DNA of 64,000 nt from assembly GCA_001898725.1 (NCBI GenBank), contig MKUV01000008.1, forward strand, positions 42,211 through 106,210. The letters are read 5' to 3'. A model generated the notes under the pieces. It had not been told where the DNA came from, did no database searches, and saw only the letters and a program-made list of their open reading frames with translations. This document shows positions 60,201 to 64,000 of this stretch, piece after piece. The DNA is from Caedibacter sp. 37-49 (lineage in GTDB: Bacteria; Pseudomonadota; Alphaproteobacteria; Caedimonadales; Caedimonadaceae). The position numbers and the translations under genes were made by a program. Each line of letters begins with the position of its first letter. The first letter of the stretch is position 1.

Positions 60201-60363
60201 CCTGAATACTTTTACTGACTTCTATAGGTAAATCTTTAAGACTTATGGGTGCATAATAGAGGCGTATTAAAATGCTGGCTGCTAATACGAGTACTGCGCT
60301 GATTAGTCCAACACAAGCCCATATGCAATAAACCCAGATTTTATTAACTATAGTTTTTTTCAT
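57217..60363 (-). CDS. AsmA-like / DUF3971 (YhdP-type) large envelope protein
   Basis: N-terminal TM; AsmA-like C-terminus (GASLGLTFAG.VD, GSIIPAYYLN, IPIIGEL, GLFSVSY, VNPVS); divergent from bcp. Confidence 0.8.
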   Translation of the reverse strand: MKKTIVNKIWVYCIWACVGLISAVLVLAASILIRLYYAPISLKDLPIEVSKSIQAIAPQYKVSFNDAKFMWKGFGHPLFIDAKNVILQDVNNRKKLKVVLPELKASFSLPSLLLGHFSIKTLEIIKPSLRFIHEKNSTLIPSEEVDDQFILTLLDNFLTHKKHWKRVKRLKIDEANIKIEDLKGERLLSIPSLTFVVERVDKRQKFHCMGGIEKNYFQVEGTYDYKAGEIFVDANINSDYAVKEAIQQNQKIKNAIPESQENQFFLSGLKLPFYLSSKFHYSEKEGLKEASLILKLDKGKIEIPSLFPHSLDIQKGIIEAIYSHNNFQLKKIEIQSGNVFVRGTTEGTWDKLTQTLTVQSKAEAGNVMLSDLNKFWPKNLAKTPRQWVIQNITQGKVPKATLNLDSVISLKNKKVISTLKNLNGTIKIQDATVFYLEGMPKVTHVRGEARYSSKDFLIAIDSGRTHQLVLKKGRVDIRNLDNENQDIDISLTLQGSLSHHLSLINHNPLKYVEQFGLKPSQILGEAETVVHLKFPLLTTITVNEIQADINSNLQNIRFSDILTAFPCELEGGNFTLKVNNKNMLFEGVGYVFKIPLKILWQKNFTSNADFETKLAVTGTINEQVFKDQQSNLIQGFGGTAPLEINYSSKGNAHGVLSAKVDLTNARGSILGLEKAGMTPGSLETSMEIRNGIPYKLHFVKAKVTDGIHIDGKGTFDDKGLKELNFPNFKVGYTDVHFSLLRQQNNIYLVKLRGKALNLEPFLQDSLHFSKNQLASSFELNASINDVVLGVDRTLYNSELNLHYNKNVINKLNFRARLSKKYPQAILEIDLAHEDIHTRKIKLKTNYGGKFLKIFQIYDNVYEGDLNIIATHDDRLPHELWQGKLVMKDFALKKAPVFGKLLSLAFPTGVVDLFSEKGMSFTRFRSKFSANANKIVITKGRANGASLGLTFAGSVDLQKNNLQIHGSIIPAYYLNTILSKIPIIGELASGGKHEGLFSVSYTITGDSNKPEISVNPVSIFTPGFFRKIFEPDIDEEFEDNDEEFKELND

Positions 60364-60421
60364 CTAAAAAGTTTATTCTTTAAAATATAATAAGAAGTAA
60401 AATTCATTCGGAGGACACTAA

Positions 60422-60889
60422 ATGTTATTATCACTTGATCAATCTGCCCCAAGTTTTACCACAGTCACAAACTCAAATCCAATAATTACTCTTGAATCTT
60501 TTAAAGGGCATAATCTGATTTTATATTTCTACCCTAAAGATGATACGCCAGGATGCACCCTTGAATCTTGTGGATTTCGCGATAGTTACCAAGAAATAAA
60601 ACAATGTCATGGGGAGGTTCTGGGTGTATCAAAAGATAGTCTTGAGTCTCACCAAAAGTTTCGGAAAAAATATGACCTACCTTTTGAACTTGCTGCTGAT
60701 TCTGAAGGAACTTTATGTAAACTTTATGACGTTCTTCAAGAAAAAAGCATGTATGGCAAAAAATATATTGGTATAGAACGCTCAACTTTCTTAATTGATC
60801 GCAATGGAATTCTTCGAAAAATGTGGCGAAATGTGAAGGTGCCTGGGCATATTCAAGAGGTCCTTGAAGCTTTAAAAGCACTTAATTAA
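60422..60889 (+). CDS. bcp: Thioredoxin-dependent peroxiredoxin Bcp
   Basis: YFYPKDDTPGCTLESCGFRD and GIERSTFLID motifs. Confidence 0.95.
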   Translation: MLLSLDQSAPSFTTVTNSNPIITLESFKGHNLILYFYPKDDTPGCTLESCGFRDSYQEIKQCHGEVLGVSKDSLESHQKFRKKYDLPFELAADSEGTLCKLYDVLQEKSMYGKKYIGIERSTFLIDRNGILRKMWRNVKVPGHIQEVLEALKALN

Positions 60890-60965
60890 ACAAAGAATAA
60901 TTTTCATAAAATTAAAACTTTTCTTGGCAAGCATATAAAAATCGCTTAATTCCTTGCTCTGCCCA

Positions 60966-60994
60966 TTGCATGCTTAAGAAAGGTAGCATATATT
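60966..60994 (+). promoter_or_regulatory. Sigma70-type promoter of hflK-hflC-degP
   Basis: TTGCAT-N17-TATATT. Confidence 0.5.
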
Positions 60995-61026
60995 AAATCA
61001 AAATTTATTAAATTTGGAGATATTGT

Positions 61027-62130
61027 ATGCCTTGGCAGAATAATGATGGAGACAAAGATCATAATCCATGGGAGGAAAAAAATGATCCTTGGAAAAGCCG
61101 AAAACAAGGTAAAACTATCAATTTAGAATTATCAGTTGAAAAGGCATGGGAGAATTTTAAAAAATCTTTCTCTGGTCAAGGGGGAGATAAAGGAAGAGCC
61201 ATTTTAGGCTTATTTGTGCTTATTTTACTTTTATGGCTCGCAACAGGTTTTTATCGTGTATCAGAAGGTGAATTAGGTGTAGAGCTTCGCTTTGGTAAAA
61301 TGACCACAATTACTCAACCAGGATTACGTTATCATCTTCCTTCACCTATTGAAATGGTAATAGTCACAAAAGTTTCTGAAATTAATCAAGTAGATAGTGG
61401 TATTCGCGTCAAATCAGATACCGCTATGCTTGGAGAAGATAGTGACAACCAAATGCTTACAGGAGATGAGAACATTTTGACACTCAACTTCTCAGTCCTT
61501 TGGTTTATTAAAGATGTCACAAAATATCTTTTCAATGATCCTACACCAAATAAGACTGTTAAATTAGCAGCAGAAAGTGCTGTACGTGAAGTTATTGCTC
61601 AAACAACAATTGTAGAGGCTTTAACAAAAGGAAAAGATAAAATTGTTGTAGATGCACAAAAACTCCTTCAAAAAATGCTTGATGATTACGGTATAGGGAT
61701 TGAAGTACAACAAGTCAGGCTCTTACGCGTTAATCCTCCAGAAAAAGTGATCGATGCTTTCCGAGATGTTCAAAGAGCTCGTGCTGATCGCGAAAGTAAA
61801 ATTAACGAAGCGCGCGCTTATCAGAATTCAATTATTCCAGAGGCAAGGGGTCAAGCTCAACAAATCGAACAAAGTGCAGAAGCCTTTAGACAATCTGTTG
61901 TTGCTGACGCACAAGGACAAGCTCAACGTTTTCTTGCGCTTCTAAAAGAATATCAAAAAGCACCTGAGGTTACGAGAAAGCGCCTTTATATAGATCTTAT
62001 GACACAGTTAATGAAAAATCTTAACAAAGTTATTATTGATATTCCCGGGAACGGTCAAAGCATTTTGCCTTACTTACCTCTTCCAGCAATAAAAAATAAA
62101 CTTTCTACCGCTTCAGGAGATTCTCAATAA
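61027..62130 (+). CDS. hflK: FtsH modulator HflK
   Basis: MPW..N...NPW N-terminus, SPFH domain, MLTGDENI and AFRDVQRARAD motifs. Confidence 0.96.
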   Translation: MPWQNNDGDKDHNPWEEKNDPWKSRKQGKTINLELSVEKAWENFKKSFSGQGGDKGRAILGLFVLILLLWLATGFYRVSEGELGVELRFGKMTTITQPGLRYHLPSPIEMVIVTKVSEINQVDSGIRVKSDTAMLGEDSDNQMLTGDENILTLNFSVLWFIKDVTKYLFNDPTPNKTVKLAAESAVREVIAQTTIVEALTKGKDKIVVDAQKLLQKMLDDYGIGIEVQQVRLLRVNPPEKVIDAFRDVQRARADRESKINEARAYQNSIIPEARGQAQQIEQSAEAFRQSVVADAQGQAQRFLALLKEYQKAPEVTRKRLYIDLMTQLMKNLNKVIIDIPGNGQSILPYLPLPAIKNKLSTASGDSQ

Positions 62131-62999
62131 TGAAATTACCTTTATTACCCTCATTAGTTGCTGGTATAATTTTATCATTTATTATTGCAAGTAGTTCACT
62201 ATTTACACTCCATCAAACTAAGAAAGCTTTAGTTCTTCAATTTGGTGAGCTTGTAAAAATTCATGATACTCCAGGACTAAAAGTTAAAATACCTGTCGTT
62301 CAAGACGTTATTTTTTTTGATCGACGTTTGTTAGACTACAATCTTCCTGTTATTGAAGTGAATGCTGGCGACCAGAAACGCATGGTTGTCGACCTTTATG
62401 TTCGCTATATTATTAATGATGTCTTAGTCTTTTATAAAACAGTTGGCACATTAGAAGGCGTTCAAAATAGACTTGGTAAGATCGTACCTGATATTATGCA
62501 AGAAGTGATCGGAAGAGTTCCTTTGTCAGAAATGTTATCTCATAATCGTGCAAAAATTATGGGAGAAATTTTCCGTAAAGTTCGAGATTCTTCTAAAAAT
62601 TTTGGCATTGATGTTCGAGACGTTAGAATCATTCGGGCAGATCTTCCAAAGGAAAATAGTGAAGCCATTTTTAATCGAATGGAAAGTGAGCGACGTCAAG
62701 AAGCAAAACAATTTAGAGCTGAAGGAGATGAGCAAGCACAAGGGATACGTGCAAAAGCAGATCGTGAACGCACTCTTATCCTAGCTCAGGCGCGAAAGAA
62801 ATCTGAGATCCTTCGAGGAGAAGGCGACGCTGAAGCAGCACGTATTTATGCTGATGCTTTTTCTCAAGACCCCGATTTCTTTGAATTTTATAGATCTATG
62901 GATGCCTATCAAAAAACAATGAAACCAGAGGACACAACTCTCGTATTAGCACCATCAAGCGAATTTTTCAGATATTTTCACAAGAAAAATGTTAAGTAG
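62130..62999 (+). CDS. hflC: FtsH modulator HflC
   Basis: ALVLQFG, RADLPKENSEAIF.RM.SER and DPDFFEFYRSM.AY motifs. Confidence 0.96.
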   Translation: MKLPLLPSLVAGIILSFIIASSSLFTLHQTKKALVLQFGELVKIHDTPGLKVKIPVVQDVIFFDRRLLDYNLPVIEVNAGDQKRMVVDLYVRYIINDVLVFYKTVGTLEGVQNRLGKIVPDIMQEVIGRVPLSEMLSHNRAKIMGEIFRKVRDSSKNFGIDVRDVRIIRADLPKENSEAIFNRMESERRQEAKQFRAEGDEQAQGIRAKADRERTLILAQARKKSEILRGEGDAEAARIYADAFSQDPDFFEFYRSMDAYQKTMKPEDTTLVLAPSSEFFRYFHKKNVK

Positions 63000-63016
63000 G
63001 AATTAAGGAGAAATAA

Positions 63017-64000
63017 ATGATATTTGACAAACCCACATATTTTAAAAAATCAATTTTAGCAACAGCGATATTCGCTGTTTTTGGAACTATGTCCCCTGTA
63101 CACTCAGTTCCTTTAGCAGTTCAAAAAGAAGTTCCTACTAACTTTGCAAATATTGTTGAACCACTCTTACCCGCCGTTGTTAATATCTCGACAACAACAG
63201 AAGTGAGTGCAAATCGTCGCTATCAAGAAATGCCCAATTTTCCTCCTGGAACTCCTTTCGATGAGTTTTTCCGTTATTTCTTTGAAGAAGGGCAACCTAC
63301 CAGACCAAGAAAAACAACTTCTTTAGGATCAGGTTTCGTTGTTTCACAAAAAGGTACAGAAGCTCTCATAGTTACATGCGCGCATGTTGTTGCTGATGCT
63401 GATAAAATTACTGTGATTCTCAACAACGATACAGAGTTAAAAGCAACAGTTGTAGGTCAGGATCGGCGTACTGATTTAGCTCTTTTGAAAGTCACTACTG
63501 ACCAAAAACTTGCGACAGTTGAATGGGGCGATTCAACTACAGCTCGTGTTGGTGAATGGGTAATTGCGGTCGGTAACCCTTTTGGTCTTAGTAGTACTGT
63601 GACAATAGGTATTATTTCAACAATCGCACGAAATATTTCTGCCCGAGCAAAAGGCGCTCCTGCTGTTGATTATATCGATGGCTATATTCAAACAGATGCC
63701 TCTCTTAACATGGGTAATTCTGGCGGTCCTATGTTTAATATAGATGGTAAGGTAATCGCTATCAGTACTGCGATATTCTCACCAAATGGAGGTAACATAG
63801 GAATTGGCTTTGGAATCCCTTCCGCTATTGCAAAAACCACTATTGAACAACTAAAGAAATACGGTCACACAAAACGAGGATGGTTGGGAGTCACAATTCA
63901 AGCAATTACACCCGAGATTGCCGAATCTCTAGATTTAAAGACAACATCAGGTGCATTGGTTGGAGCTGTTGCTTCAGGTAGCCCTGCAGCGAAAGCTGGT
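63017..64000 (+). CDS. degP: DegP/HtrA (Do family) periplasmic serine protease, 5' part
   Basis: Manual translation from ATG 63017 after an AGGAG RBS: signal peptide, PAVVNIS, SLGSGFV, VTCAHVV (His), TDLALLKV (Asp), IQTDASLNMGNSGGP (Ser), then the start of a PDZ domain (RGWLGV). Confidence 0.95.
   Translation, partial: MIFDKPTYFKKSILATAIFAVFGTMSPVHSVPLAVQKEVPTNFANIVEPLLPAVVNISTTTEVSANRRYQEMPNFPPGTPFDEFFRYFFEEGQPTRPRKTTSLGSGFVVSQKGTEALIVTCAHVVADADKITVILNNDTELKATVVGQDRRTDLALLKVTTDQKLATVEWGDSTTARVGEWVIAVGNPFGLSSTVTIGIISTIARNISARAKGAPAVDYIDGYIQTDASLNMGNSGGPMFNIDGKVIAISTAIFSPNGGNIGIGFGIPSAIAKTTIEQLKKYGHTKRGWLGVTIQAITPEIAESLDLKTTSGALVGAVASGSPAAKAG

Overview
This is an AT-rich alphaproteobacterial chromosomal window. 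Gene content and several signal-peptide-bearing eukaryote-like orphans suggest a Holosporales/Rickettsiales-type intracellular symbiont (inference). Most of the 64 kb is housekeeping: priA (partial), tal/fsa, xerC, uvrA, typA, rimP-nusA-infB-rbfA, comEC, gltX-gltA, uppP, fzlA-like GST, clpB, an RND pump, ychF-pth-rplY, a glycan cluster, gpsA-tsaD, hemC, coxC-surf1-M16 peptidase, kefB/C, 6S RNA-ygfA-ymdB, patatin, rnhB, yhdP-like, bcp and hflK-hflC-degP (partial). The most unusual part is an accessory block at about 9.5-14.3 kb. There, an intact stand-alone 94-aa GIY-YIG nuclease sits inside an array of about 10 (C)GTC-tagged palindromes whose stems show compensatory base changes and whose spacers are homologous modules. 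A sigma70-like promoter and an ~85-nt candidate structured RNA or leaderless ORF lie upstream. Four orphan genes with signal peptides follow, including an F-box protein and a two-repeat Cys-rich protein. A secreted kinase-like (probably pseudokinase) orphan lies between xerC and uvrA. No tRNA, rRNA, CRISPR-Cas or IS transposase was recognised. All calls come from reading the sequence; no searches were run.
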